NCBI GenBank assembly: GCA_963804165.1
Contig: CAWDPO010000016.1
Location: 96,001 to 160,000, forward strand
Source of the DNA: an uncultured delta proteobacterium
GTDB taxonomy: Bacteria; Desulfobacterota; Binatia; UBA9968
Direction of reading: 5' to 3'
Length of the DNA stretch: 64,000 bases
A program made the translations under genes and the position numbers. The notes below the pieces were generated by a model. It saw nothing but the letters and a program-made list of their open reading frames with translations, was not told where the DNA came from and ran no database searches. How positions within the stretch are numbered: the first letter of the stretch is position 1; every line of letters starts with the position of its first letter. This document shows positions 1 through 10,355 of the stretch, piece by piece.

Positions 1-1410
1 ACCGGCGGAGCGGCCGCAGGGGACGGAGACGGCAGGGAAGCCGATGAAGCTCCACGGGATACAGTTTCCTCGATAGAACCAAGAGAAAACGGTCGGCTTC
101 TGAAACGGCCGGCGCCAGAACCAACGAAGTCGGCAGCGCGAGAACGTCGACACGCGCAAAAAGCTCCAGCATGCGGCGGCGAAACTCTTCGCGGTGGCGC
201 TGGGCCATCAAGTAAGCGACAGCGGGAACATTCAGCGCCTCTTCCAGTTGGTCTCTGGTTTCGGCGGTATAGAGACTCGATTTTTCCTTAAGCCAGGGTT
301 GATGAAAGGTCGCCGCTTCGGCGCGGCTGACAATGAGCCCGGTCATATTGGTCATTTCCAAATCGTCCGCCGAAGGTTGCTCGACGGATTGAACGCTACA
401 GACCGCGCTCTTCAATCCCTCGATGACGCGCCATTCGCTTGGGAGACTTCGCGGTCGATGCCCTCGAATCCCGCGGACGGCACGCCGATGCGCAACTTCG
501 TCACGTCGCCGTCAACGTGGCGGCTGTATGATGGCGCCGGCCGCTCCACCGAATTCGGATCACGCGCATCTCTTCCGGCGATGACGTCCAGGAGCAACGC
601 TGCATCTTCAACCGTCGCGCCCATAGGCGCTACATGATCCATGGACCAGGAGAGCGTGATGACACCGTGGGTCGGTACGAGTCCAAAAGTAGGTTTGAAG
701 CCGACGACCCCGCTCAGCGCCGCCGGCACACGGATCGAAGCGCGCGTGTCGGTACCGAGCCCGCCCGGCGCCATGCCGGTGGCGACGGCGATGGCGGTGC
801 CACCGGTGGAGCCGCCCGGGATGCGGGTTTCATCCCAAGGGTTGCGGCTTTGCGGCGTGGTGACGCCCAAGGCGAACTCGTGGGTCTCGGTTTTTCCGAT
901 GACGATGGCGCCGGCCGCTTTGATTCTCTCCACGGCGCAGGCATCGTGCTCGGGAACAACAAGGTCACTCAAGACGCGCGAGCTGGCGGAGGTGGGGACT
1001 CCGGCGACGTGGATCACATCTTTTATGGAAAGCGGCACGCCGTGCAGTGGGCCACGCAACGCGCCACGCTTAACGTCGCGGTCGAGTTGGTCGGCTTCTC
1101 TTAGCGCTTGCTCCTCCAACACACAGACGAAGGCGCGGAGCTTCGGGTTCAACGCAGCGATGTGCTCAAGGCAGGAAGTCACCGGGGCGCGCGCCGAGAG
1201 CTTGCCTGTGCGGATTGCTCGTGCCATGCCACATACGGTGGCGACTGCAGTTTCATTTTCGGGCCGCTCTAACGTCGCGCCGTGGAAAAAATTCTCAACC
1301 GGCGGTGAAGCGATCGGGCGATAAGTGAACGCCGGACGGGTCTCCAGATCCAATATCGGATGGCTTTGCAACCAAGCGACGGCTTGGCGAAAAAGGTCTT
1401 TCGTTGTCAC
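1..1410 (-). CDS. Amidase signature family protein (GatA-like); frameshifted near ~430, runs off the window start
   Basis: Motifs GPLHGVPLSIKD, GKTETHEFA, PGGSTGG and GTDTRASIRVPA. Homology continues in another frame below 412 (AEAATFH...VDVLALPT...GFPAVSVPCG). Confidence 0.85.
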
Positions 1411-2030
1411 ATTGCATCGTGTTTGAGTTGAACGGCCTCGGTGCTAACTTTCCCACCGACGAGGTGACAAGTAACCACGTGCGCGGGCACAATTGCTTTT
1501 AGCTCGGGCATTTCGCTGGCGTGGCGCTCGCAACAAAGAAAGCCAAACATCCGGTTACGTCCGAGCCTTTTTTGCACCAAAGGCCATAAGCCCGCCATAG
1601 GTATCCAGCGACGATTGATCTGCCGCACACCCTTGCCGACGTTCGCGCACAGGAAAATCACTGCCAGCGATGAGTGAAGGCCGACACGTCGCCTTCATCG
1701 CGTATTTCTCGCCCTGGCAGCCCAGAGTTTTGTGGGATGATCGAGCGCAAGCTCCATGCCACCAGCAATAAACGCGAAATTTTGATCTTATCGGATCCGT
1801 CTTCCGCAGGATTTGCTTAAGTCATGGGCTTACGTGCGCGATTCTTAAGCACGGATCGATTTTTTCTATGCCGCGCGAGATTGCGCGCCTCACGGCTTGG
1901 GCTTGGTCGAGTCGTCGGCGCAAGCTTGCCGTGTATTTCCTGCGGCAAAACCAAGGCTGGGAATTTGCGGCGTTCTGCAACATGAAAAGCGCAGAATTAC
2001 AGAAGAGCTTTGTCAGAAGATCTGTTTCAT

Positions 2031-3218
2031 TTAACCGGCTAGCCGACCAATAAAAATTCGCAAACTCAAAACGTAGAGTAGAACTAGAGTAAACGCCATT
2101 AACGTCGGCACAAGGTAATTTACGGTTGGTAGGACCGCGAGCGCGACCAGACCGAGACCGATCGAGAGAGGCACCGTTTCTTTGCAGCGGGTTAGGAACA
2201 GCGCACATGGCAAGATCAGCAGAGTCAGATCGTGCGTAAATAGATGCGGTATTACGATCAGGAGCGCTAGTACGTTAATAATCCAGGTCACAGCGAAAGC
2301 ATCGGGCTTTTGTCGGGCTCGCAGGTTTGCCAAAACCATCGTTGCGATCACTAAAGCGTCGCCGACCCACCAAACGGGGGTTTGCCAATTTGCCGGCAGC
2401 CAGTAGATCGTCAGGGCGCGCAAATTATGCATGCCGCGCCATTGGTTCCACCAATCGTCATCGGCCGTGACCATGCGCTGGGCGAGCGAAAAGTATTGCT
2501 TTGAAGCTTCCAGGCCGATGAAAATAAATGCGCCGACGATCAAGGTCACACTCATCAGCGCGCCAACGAGCAGGCCCCGCCAGTGCCGACGAAGAAGAAG
2601 AACCAGATGCGGAATGGGCAAAAATTGCGGTTTGACACAAAGCAGCCCGGCCCAAAGCCCGGCTTTAAATTCACTCGATTGCTTCTGCGCGAGTACGTGA
2701 GAGGTCAGGAAGAAAAGAATGATGGCGGAAGTTTGGCCGTAAAATACGACGGCGTGCACGCCAAAATTACACAACGCGAAAAGAATCAGCCAGTGGGATT
2801 GATCGCGCGTTAGCGATAAATACCGAATCAATAGCCGCAGGCTGATAAACAGCAGCAAGACATTCAATGCGGTCATGAATAAAAAGGCGATGGGAAAAGG
2901 CATCCGAGCCAAAGGCGCAAACAACGCCGCCGTGATCGGTGGGTAAACGAACGGCAAGACTCGCTCGGTCGGCGCAATCCTTTGTTGATAGGCGAGCTGT
3001 TTGTCCAGATCGTAGAGCGACCGGCGGTCCTGGCGGATTAGTTCGCCTTCGGCATAAAACGTGACGAAGTCGGCGACGCAGTTCGGCTGGCTGCATTGAG
3101 GCACGTGATCGATCAATATCTTCAGCCAGTTTGCGCCGGAGATAAACGCAAGGCCTATTGCAATCCCGACGATGATCGCTTTGACTGGGTTTGTCCAAGC
3201 CGCGCTGGCAGAAGTCAT
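2031..3218 (-). CDS. Glycosyltransferase family 87 (DUF2029) polytopic membrane protein
   Basis: DFVTFY, PFVYPP, YGQ and VKPQ motifs; multiple TM segments; 395 aa. Confidence 0.8.
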   Translation of the reverse strand: MTSASAAWTNPVKAIIVGIAIGLAFISGANWLKILIDHVPQCSQPNCVADFVTFYAEGELIRQDRRSLYDLDKQLAYQQRIAPTERVLPFVYPPITAALFAPLARMPFPIAFLFMTALNVLLLFISLRLLIRYLSLTRDQSHWLILFALCNFGVHAVVFYGQTSAIILFFLTSHVLAQKQSSEFKAGLWAGLLCVKPQFLPIPHLVLLLRRHWRGLLVGALMSVTLIVGAFIFIGLEASKQYFSLAQRMVTADDDWWNQWRGMHNLRALTIYWLPANWQTPVWWVGDALVIATMVLANLRARQKPDAFAVTWIINVLALLIVIPHLFTHDLTLLILPCALFLTRCKETVPLSIGLGLVALAVLPTVNYLVPTLMAFTLVLLYVLSLRIFIGRLAG

Positions 3219-3280
3219 CAGGCTATCCGAGTGAAATTACAAGAGAGCAGATCGTATATGGCCGGAGATTTTCATTTTGT

Positions 3281-3778
3281 CTAACTTTTCACCAACGCAA
3301 GACCGAGCAGCACGACGATCGGGCCGAGGGCGGCATTGATTTTTAGCAGCAGAAACCAACGGCGCCAGTGGGAGAGAAGAGGTTCAGGCCAACCCTCCAA
3401 GCCCTCCGGCAGCTGGGCGGTCAAACGAGCGATGGCGGGGGCATATTTGAAGACTTGCAGACAATGGTGCAGGACCATCGCGCCGAAAAGAATTATTTTA
3501 ACGCTCAGTATGATGACGAACGCTCTACTGAACATTGATCCTGATGGCGGTATGCGCGCGACCAAATTGACGATTCCGGTCAGGAGCAGAAGTCCGATGG
3601 CGATCCACGCGATGTTTTCAAGACCGATGCGCGCCTGATTCATCGTCTTGATGGCGATTTGCGGCTCCAATTCGTGGACCGCAGGCCCGGAGACGACCAG
3701 AAAAAACACCATTCCGCCCAGCCACATCGCGATCGCGATGACGTGAACCATTGCGCTCAGCGCAGCCCATGCGGTCAT
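3281..3778 (-). CDS. CopD/DUF4149-like membrane protein, divergent from the oxidase operon
   Basis: HVIAIAMWLGG, LLLTGIVN and LSVKIILF...HH pattern; 4 TM segments; start ATG chosen at 3778. Confidence 0.65.
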   Translation of the reverse strand: MTAWAALSAMVHVIAIAMWLGGMVFFLVVSGPAVHELEPQIAIKTMNQARIGLENIAWIAIGLLLLTGIVNLVARIPPSGSMFSRAFVIILSVKIILFGAMVLHHCLQVFKYAPAIARLTAQLPEGLEGWPEPLLSHWRRWFLLLKINAALGPIVVLLGLALVKS

Positions 3779-3938
3779 GGACGAGGTTCCGCTACGATCT
3801 CCATGATTGGTTGCAATCTTCGCATAAATCCTCGTCAAATCAACGCCAATCGTGCTTGAAATGCCCCAGGGGCTGTGTTAGCTAGAAGAAAAGTTTTTAC
3901 CCCAATTCTCGAAAATCATAAGGATGGTTCACTAAAAA

Positions 3939-4604
3939 ATGATGCAGTGGTTGCCGGAAGATGTGTCTACGTTCGGCCAAGAGATCGATTCGTTATTCTA
4001 TCTCATCTACTACATCACGGCAGCCACTTTTATTCTCGTGACCGTCTTGATGGTCGTGTTCTTGATCAAGTATCGCGACCGGGGCGACAGACGCGCCACT
4101 TATAGCCACGGCAATACGACACTCGAGATCATCTGGACGATCATCCCCGCCGTCATCCTAATCGTCCTTGCGTTCATGAGCGCGTCGACCTGGGCGAAAG
4201 TGAAACGCCATGTGCCGGACACCGACTTCGAAGTCGGCGTGATGGCCAAACAATTTAACTGGGAAATAAGTTATCCCGGCGCCGATGGAAAACTCGGCAC
4301 CGACGACGACGTCAAGTTCGATAACGATCTCCACGTGCCGGTGCATAAACCGATTCGGTTAGTGCTTAGCGCAAAGGACGTGATCCATAGCTTCTTCATT
4401 CCCAATATGCGCTTCAAACAAGATGCAGTGCCAGGTCGGCAAATCATCGCGTGGTTTGAAGGCACCAAGCCCGGGAAATACGAGCTTCCGTGCGCCGAAC
4501 TTTGCGGCTTCGGCCATTCCGGCATGAAGGGCTGGCTCTATGTTCAGACGCCCGAAGAATATAAAAAATGGGCGGACGAAAACCTGGCTGCAAAACCGCA
4601 GTAA
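3939..4604 (+). CDS. coxB: Cytochrome c oxidase subunit II (CuA, no fused heme c)
   Basis: HGNTTLEIIWT, DVIHSF and the CuA motif CAELCGFGHSGM. Confidence 0.97.
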   Translation: MMQWLPEDVSTFGQEIDSLFYLIYYITAATFILVTVLMVVFLIKYRDRGDRRATYSHGNTTLEIIWTIIPAVILIVLAFMSASTWAKVKRHVPDTDFEVGVMAKQFNWEISYPGADGKLGTDDDVKFDNDLHVPVHKPIRLVLSAKDVIHSFFIPNMRFKQDAVPGRQIIAWFEGTKPGKYELPCAELCGFGHSGMKGWLYVQTPEEYKKWADENLAAKPQ

Positions 4605-4659
4605 GTACATCCAAAGCTTTGTTGATTGATCCGAAGCCACTGACGGAGGATTTTGACCG

Positions 4660-6420
4660 ATGAGCGAAATCGCGGCGGCGCACGCGTCGCATGAACATCA
4701 CCAAGAACTGGGTTTTATCCGAACGTATATCTTTTCACTTGACCATAAGATGATTGGCCGGCAGTTCTTGTTCATGGGCCTGCTCATGATTATCGTGGGC
4801 GGCTTGCTCGCGATGCTAGTGCGCTGGCAGTTGGCTTGGCCGGAATCACCGGTACCAGGGTTAAATTTTATCCCCGAGCCCTACATCTATCCTGGCGAGC
4901 ATGGTGGCGGCATTATTCCACCGCAAACCTATAACGCCCTCTTTACAATGCACGCGACGATCATGATTTTCTTTGTAGTCATGCCGATCATGGTCGGAAC
5001 CTTCGGCAATTTCCTGATTCCGCTGATGATCGGCACCCGGGATATGGCATTCCCAAAATTGAACATGCTCTCCTTCTGGGTCGGCGCCATCGCCACGGTG
5101 GTCATGCTCGCCAGCTTCTTCGTGCCCGGTGGGCCGGCGGCAGGGGGATGGACGAGTTACGCAACACTGTCCGCGAGATCGCAATACACAGGAGTCGAGT
5201 TGGGGCAAGATTTTTGGATTATTAGCCTGCTCATTCTCGGCGTCTCGTCGTTGATGGGCTCGATTAACTATATTACCACCATCATTAACATGCGCGCCCC
5301 CGGTATGACCTACTTCCGCATGCCTTTGACGGTCTGGTCGTTGTTTGTCACGGCGATTTTGCTGCTCCTCGCTTTGCCGGTACTGACTGCCGCTTTGGCC
5401 ATGCTGCTCTTTGATCGGGTGGCGGGCACCAGCTTTTTTCTGCCCGAAGGCGGCGGACAACCTTTGCTCTGGCAGCACATGTTTTGGTTTTTCGGCCATC
5501 CGGAAGTTTATATTTTGGTTCTTCCGGCCATGGGCGTCACGTCCGACATCCTTTCCACTTTCTCGCGCAAACCGATATTTGGTTATCATGCCATGGCATT
5601 TTCCATGATCGCCATCGCCTTTCTGTCGTGGATTGTTTGGGGCCATCATATGTTTATCAGCGGTATGAATCCACTGCTCGGCACGGCCTTCATGATGACG
5701 ACGATGGTCATTGCGGTGCCTTCGGCCATCAAAGTTTTCAATTGGCTCGGCACCTTGTGGGGCGGCACGATTCGCTTGACCTCGCCGATGCTCTTTGCCT
5801 TGGGATTCGTCTCGAATTTTTTGATCGGCGGCTTGAGTGGAGTTTTCATGGCATCGACGCCGGTCGATATATTCATCCATGACACGTATTACATTGTTGC
5901 TCATTTTCATTACGTCGTCGCCGGAATCGTATTCGCTTTGTTCGCGGCGGTTTATTACTGGTTTCCCAAGATGTTCGGGCGCACGATGAACGAACCCCTG
6001 GCTAAGATTCATTTCGTCTTAACCTATATATTCTTCAACGGCGCGTTTTTCCCCATGCACTTCCTCGGCGTCGGCGGGCACATGCGGCGAATTTACAATC
6101 CGATGCAGTACGAGTTTATACTGCCGATGCAACACTGGAACGTATTCATCACGATCAGCGCCTTGTTGCTCGGCGCTTCGCAATTTTTCTTCCTATTTAA
6201 TTTCGTCTGGAGTCTATTCGCCGGCAAGAAGGCGGATCGCAATCCCTGGCAGGCCAACACGCTGGAATGGTCTGCGCCGACGCCGCCGCCTCACGGCAAT
6301 TTCGAGGTGCAGCCGGTGGTTTACCGCGGCCCCTACGAGTACAGCTCGCCGGAAGTCAAAGAAGACTGGCTGCCGCAAGATAAAAATCTCGGTGCTACCG
6401 CGGCAGCGCGAGCGCACTAA
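4660..6420 (+). CDS. coxA: Cytochrome c oxidase subunit I, A1 type
   Basis: DHKMIG, HATIMIF, RDMAFP, WFFGHPEVY, WGHHMF and HDTYYIVAHFHY. Confidence 0.98.
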   Translation: MSEIAAAHASHEHHQELGFIRTYIFSLDHKMIGRQFLFMGLLMIIVGGLLAMLVRWQLAWPESPVPGLNFIPEPYIYPGEHGGGIIPPQTYNALFTMHATIMIFFVVMPIMVGTFGNFLIPLMIGTRDMAFPKLNMLSFWVGAIATVVMLASFFVPGGPAAGGWTSYATLSARSQYTGVELGQDFWIISLLILGVSSLMGSINYITTIINMRAPGMTYFRMPLTVWSLFVTAILLLLALPVLTAALAMLLFDRVAGTSFFLPEGGGQPLLWQHMFWFFGHPEVYILVLPAMGVTSDILSTFSRKPIFGYHAMAFSMIAIAFLSWIVWGHHMFISGMNPLLGTAFMMTTMVIAVPSAIKVFNWLGTLWGGTIRLTSPMLFALGFVSNFLIGGLSGVFMASTPVDIFIHDTYYIVAHFHYVVAGIVFALFAAVYYWFPKMFGRTMNEPLAKIHFVLTYIFFNGAFFPMHFLGVGGHMRRIYNPMQYEFILPMQHWNVFITISALLLGASQFFFLFNFVWSLFAGKKADRNPWQANTLEWSAPTPPPHGNFEVQPVVYRGPYEYSSPEVKEDWLPQDKNLGATAAARAH

Positions 6421-6435
6421 CGGAAAATCAGAAGT

Positions 6436-7404
6436 ATGAAAGCGGACGGTAGCAAGGTGGGGGAGCCCATTCTTACCCAGCCTTCAATTATTTCAGCTTG
6501 GCCGCACCGCATCGCCATCATCCTCGCTGGCGCGACGTTTCCCTTACTCTTCATCGGCGGCCTCGTGACCAGCAAGGGCGCGGGGCTCGCCGTGCCGGAC
6601 TGGCCGACGACCTTCGGTTACAATATGTTTCTCTACCCGTGGTCGAAAATGGTCGGCGACATTTTCTACGAGCATAGCCATCGCCTGGTTGCATCCTTTG
6701 TCGGTTTGCTGACCATCAACTTGGCGCTCGTTTTGTGGTTTAGCGAGCGGCGGGCGTGGCTGCGTTGGCTTGGTTTTGCCGCGTTGGGACTGGTCGTCAC
6801 ACAGGGAATCCTCGGCGGTTTGCGTGTGGTCCTGCTGCAGCAGGCATTGGCGATCATTCACGCCGCAATCGCACAGGCCTTCTTCGCGCTGACGGTTTGC
6901 CTGGTGATTTTCACATCGCCGGATTGGAACCGCTCGAGTGATACGGCGGCGCTCACCGATAACGGGCGGCTGCGGCGGTTGTGCGCCGTGACGACCGCGC
7001 TGATTTATTTGCAAATTATATTCGGGGCGGTGTTGCGCCATACCGGAGAGCGGGTTGACGCTCACTTGGCCTTTGCTGTGCTGGTTACGCTACACGTGAT
7101 CTTCATTTTGACGCGAGTGGCAAGACACCACGCGACTTCCGTCGCTTTGACGAGACCGGCGCTGGCGCTTTTTGCACTTTTGCTGGTCCAACTGGCCTTG
7201 GGCGGCATATCTTACTTGGCCAAATTCACAGTGATGGTGCGACTGCCAATTGACGCGATTGTTCTTTTGACAACGAGTCACCTTGCAGTGGGCGCGTTAA
7301 TGCTTGCAACCGCCGTGGTGCTCACTCTGCGATCGTATGGCGTGCCTGTATCATCGGGTGATGCCCCCGGAACAAAAATCTTGACGGAGCAATTTTCCGT
7401 ATGA
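6436..7404 (+). CDS. ctaA: Heme A synthase (COX15/CtaA family)
   Basis: GLAVPDWP, EHSHRL and QGILGG motifs; conserved His in TM helices; operon context. Confidence 0.9.
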   Translation: MKADGSKVGEPILTQPSIISAWPHRIAIILAGATFPLLFIGGLVTSKGAGLAVPDWPTTFGYNMFLYPWSKMVGDIFYEHSHRLVASFVGLLTINLALVLWFSERRAWLRWLGFAALGLVVTQGILGGLRVVLLQQALAIIHAAIAQAFFALTVCLVIFTSPDWNRSSDTAALTDNGRLRRLCAVTTALIYLQIIFGAVLRHTGERVDAHLAFAVLVTLHVIFILTRVARHHATSVALTRPALALFALLLVQLALGGISYLAKFTVMVRLPIDAIVLLTTSHLAVGALMLATAVVLTLRSYGVPVSSGDAPGTKILTEQFSV

Positions 7405-8306
7405 GCTCGACCTCCGAGACCGTAAATGTCGCGACCGTGAGCGTGAGCCGGCGGGCCGTCGACTTCTTCGAGCTGACCAAGCCGCGCATTGTTCTGATGG
7501 TACTCATCACGGCCTTTGTCGGTTATTACGCGGGATCGGAGCGCGTTCCCGACTATTTACGGCTGCTGCAAATGTTGATCGGTACAGCGCTCGCCGCCGC
7601 CGGCACGCTCACACTGAACCAGTTTATCGAGCGCGACCTCGACGCGATGATGGAGCGAACGCGCCGGCGGCCTTTGCCGGACGGTCGCGTGCAACCGCAG
7701 GACGCGCTCTGGTTCGGTATTGCCCTCGCGCTCCTGGGGCTCGGTTACTTAGCCGCCACTGTGAATGTATTAAGCGCTGCCGTGGCCGCGGCCATTACGA
7801 CGAGCTATTTGTGGATCTATACACCGATGAAGCGCGCGAGTTCGCTCTGCGTGCCGGTCGGCGCGATTCCCGGCGCCTTGCCGCCCGTCATCGGCTGGGT
7901 TGCCGCACGCGGGGAGCTGTCTGTCGACGCGTGGGTGCTGTTTGCAATCATGTTTCTCTGGCAAATCCCGCATACGCTGGCCATCGCTTATCTTTATCGT
8001 GAAGACTTCGCCAAGGCTGGAATTCAGTTTCTCCCGGTAATCGAGCCGGAGGGCGACAGCACCAAACGCCAGATTCTCATCCACTGTGGTGCGCTGTTAG
8101 TCGTTAGTCTTCTGCCGACACTGATCGGCCTCGCCGGACCGAGCTACTTCGTCACGGCTTTTCTGCTCGGCGCCGGCTTTCTCGCGAGCGGCATCAAGCT
8201 CGTCATCGCGCCCACGCGCGCGGGCGCACGCCGGCTCTTATTTGCATCGTTGATTTACCTTCCTGTGCTCTTGCTAGTGATGGCGTTGGATCGAGTGCCG
8301 ATATGA
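7401..8306 (+). CDS. ctaB: Protoheme IX farnesyltransferase (heme o synthase)
   Basis: LTKPRI, NQFIERDLDAMMERTRRRPLP, YTPMKR, GAIPGALPP and WQIPH. Confidence 0.97.
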   Translation: MSSTSETVNVATVSVSRRAVDFFELTKPRIVLMVLITAFVGYYAGSERVPDYLRLLQMLIGTALAAAGTLTLNQFIERDLDAMMERTRRRPLPDGRVQPQDALWFGIALALLGLGYLAATVNVLSAAVAAAITTSYLWIYTPMKRASSLCVPVGAIPGALPPVIGWVAARGELSVDAWVLFAIMFLWQIPHTLAIAYLYREDFAKAGIQFLPVIEPEGDSTKRQILIHCGALLVVSLLPTLIGLAGPSYFVTAFLLGAGFLASGIKLVIAPTRAGARRLLFASLIYLPVLLLVMALDRVPI

Positions 8307-8428
8307 GCGTCAGGATTATGGAACCGCCGGAAGGAATTGGCGCGCGCAACCGGCGTCTCGGCTTCGGCTTGGCCGTTTTGGCCGTGTCGTATATCATCGC
8401 GGTGATCGTTTTCATCATTTTTAAATGA
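8303..8428 (+). CDS. 41-aa single-TM microprotein (CoxF-like oxidase accessory protein)
   Basis: ATGA overlap with the ctaB stop. Sequence MSVRIMEPPEGIGARNRRLGFGLAVLAVSYIIAVIVFIIFK fills the operon gap. Absent from the ORF track. Confidence 0.7.
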   Translation: MSVRIMEPPEGIGARNRRLGFGLAVLAVSYIIAVIVFIIFK

Positions 8429-8444
8429 CACGACGGTTGAGTCC

Positions 8445-9110
8445 ATGGCTAAGAGTTCAACGGCGCGCAAACTAGACGACGCACTGCTCGTTGAAGCAGG
8501 CCGGCGGCCCGCGTTCGGTGGCGGCGAGCCACCGCCGCCGCCGATTCGCCCCAATATCCCGATCGCCAGCAACGCCTGGCTCGGAGTTCTAATGTTCTTG
8601 GGCGCCGAAGCGATGTTTTTTGCCGGCCTGATCGGCGCTTTTTTGGTTTTCCGCATCGCCAGCCCCGTCTGGCCGCCGCCCTTTCAGCCGCGCTTGCCGG
8701 TCGAGCTAACCGGAATCAATACGCTGATTCTTCTTGTCAGTGCCGTAACGATGAGACTCGGACTGAGAGCGAATCAACGCGGTGAGCGCGCACGTCTGGT
8801 GCGCTTGCTGTCGTGGACGGCGGTAGCGGGCACGATTTTTTTATTGATTCAGGGATTCGAGTGGTTTCGCCTGATTCAATTTGGCTTGACCGTGTCCAGC
8901 AGCGTCTATGGCGGTTTGTTTTACACGATCATCGGTTGTCACGGGTTGCATGTTTTCGGCGCGTTAATTTGGCTGGCCGTGGTCTGGCAAAAAGCAAGAA
9001 CGGGAAACTACACGCAGCAAAACTACGTCGGACTACAAACCTGCAGCATGTACTGGACTTTTGTCGTGGGATTGTGGCCGCTGCTATACGGACTGGTTTA
9101 TCTTTACTAA
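8445..9110 (+). CDS. coxC: Cytochrome c oxidase subunit III family, copy 1
   Basis: FLGAEAMFF, NTLILLVS, QGFEW, FYTIIGCHGLHV and YWTFV. Confidence 0.9.
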   Translation: MAKSSTARKLDDALLVEAGRRPAFGGGEPPPPPIRPNIPIASNAWLGVLMFLGAEAMFFAGLIGAFLVFRIASPVWPPPFQPRLPVELTGINTLILLVSAVTMRLGLRANQRGERARLVRLLSWTAVAGTIFLLIQGFEWFRLIQFGLTVSSSVYGGLFYTIIGCHGLHVFGALIWLAVVWQKARTGNYTQQNYVGLQTCSMYWTFVVGLWPLLYGLVYLY

Positions 9111-9164
9111 TTCGAATGATTGACACTCCGAAGTCGATACGTTACTTTGCGGTGGATAATTCGC

Positions 9165-9452
9165 ATGTTCAATAAAATTGTTTTTGTAATCATTGCGGCG
9201 ACAGCGACGTTGCTGGTTGGAGCGACCGCTTCTTGGGCATGCTCCGTGTGTTTTGGCGGAACCGGCGACTCGGTTACCGATGGCTTCAACGCCAGTGTGC
9301 TATTTCTCATGGCGACGCCGTATCTAGTCGTTGGATCGATTGTCGGTGGGCTAATTTTTGCCTACCGTCGGGCGCTCAAGAATCGCGAAAACGTGGAGAC
9401 CGCGGAACCGATCGTTCACCTAGATTGGCATCAGGAGGACGGCAGTAGATGA
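9165..9452 (+). CDS. Small exported membrane protein with CxxC directly after the signal peptide
   Basis: Signal peptide ...ASWA followed by CSVCFG; TM segment FLMATPYLVVG; overlaps the next gene start. Confidence 0.75.
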   Translation: MFNKIVFVIIAATATLLVGATASWACSVCFGGTGDSVTDGFNASVLFLMATPYLVVGSIVGGLIFAYRRALKNRENVETAEPIVHLDWHQEDGSR

Positions 9453-10057
9453 GTGAAGTTGCGGCAGCGCACGTGGAAGTAGAGCCCCAAGAATCGCCTC
9501 TGACTCCGGAGAATTGGGGCAAACTGGGAATGTGGCTGTTCCTCGCCGGCGACGCCATGTCCTTCGGCTGTTTGATCGTCGGCTACGGTCTCCTGCGTTA
9601 CGCGAGCTCCAAGTGGCCCGTGCCTGCGGAAGTGCTCGGCATCAATCTAACGGCGTTTATGACGTTTTTGTTGATCATCAGCAGCGTGTGGATGGTCCTG
9701 GCGCTGGCGGCCATTCAAGAAAACAACAAGGCCCGGTTCAATAAGTTTCTCGGGCTGACGATCCTGGGCGGCGCCATGTTTTTAGGGTGTCAGGCTTACG
9801 AGTGGAACCACCTGCTCGCTCATCGGTTACCCGAGCTCAACATCTCATTTTCCAACGATCTCTTCGCAACGACGTTTTTTGTTCTGACCGGTTTTCACGG
9901 CATGCACGTGACCGGTGGAGTGATTTACAACACTTGCGTGCTCGCGGCGGTCAACCGCGGCCGCTATCAAGCGAAGCATGTCGAGATCGCCGGGCTCTAC
10001 TGGCACTTCGTCGATTTGGTGTGGATATTGATCTTTACGTTTGTTTATCTACTGTAG
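9449..10057 (+). CDS. Cytochrome c oxidase subunit III family, copy 2
   Basis: GKLGMWLFLAGDAMSF, QAYEW, FFVLTGFHGMHV and GLYWHFVDLVW. Confidence 0.92.
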   Translation: MSEVAAAHVEVEPQESPLTPENWGKLGMWLFLAGDAMSFGCLIVGYGLLRYASSKWPVPAEVLGINLTAFMTFLLIISSVWMVLALAAIQENNKARFNKFLGLTILGGAMFLGCQAYEWNHLLAHRLPELNISFSNDLFATTFFVLTGFHGMHVTGGVIYNTCVLAAVNRGRYQAKHVEIAGLYWHFVDLVWILIFTFVYLL

Positions 10058-10076
10058 TCTGTTTCGGGAGAGCGAG

Positions 10077-10355
10077 ATGTCATCGACCACACACTCGAGC
10101 GCTCAGTACATCAAGATTTTCTATATTCTCCTGGCACTGACCGTCATCGAGGTCGCTATAGTTTATATGGGATTGCCCAAACTGCTGCTTGCCGCCTTGC
10201 TGGTTATTTTCGCGGTGTGGAAGGCGGCTTTGGTGGCGATGCATTTTATGCATCTCAAGTTCGAGAAGAAAACCTTGGCGGTGGTGGCCCTGGCGCCGTT
10301 TGTTCTCTGTGTCTTCTTGATCCTCATGCTGTTGCCGGATATTTTTCCCCATTGA
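10077..10355 (+). CDS. Cytochrome c oxidase subunit IV family
   Basis: LLALTVIEV and KAALVAMHFMHLKFE; RBS GGGAG upstream. Confidence 0.9.
   Translation: MSSTTHSSAQYIKIFYILLALTVIEVAIVYMGLPKLLLAALLVIFAVWKAALVAMHFMHLKFEKKTLAVVALAPFVLCVFLILMLLPDIFPH

Noticed and set aside
1407-1661. 84-aa ORF ending ERHASEMPELKAIVPAHVVTCHL, like an oligopeptide ABC ATPase C-terminal tail
   Set aside because: Only a short resemblance, with no ATPase domain upstream. It may be a relic but cannot be supported as a gene.
4861-6012. Long antisense ORFs (also 22495-23655, 39733-40989, 56225-57004 and others)
   Set aside because: These are shadow frames of well-supported genes in GC-rich DNA and have no motifs of their own.
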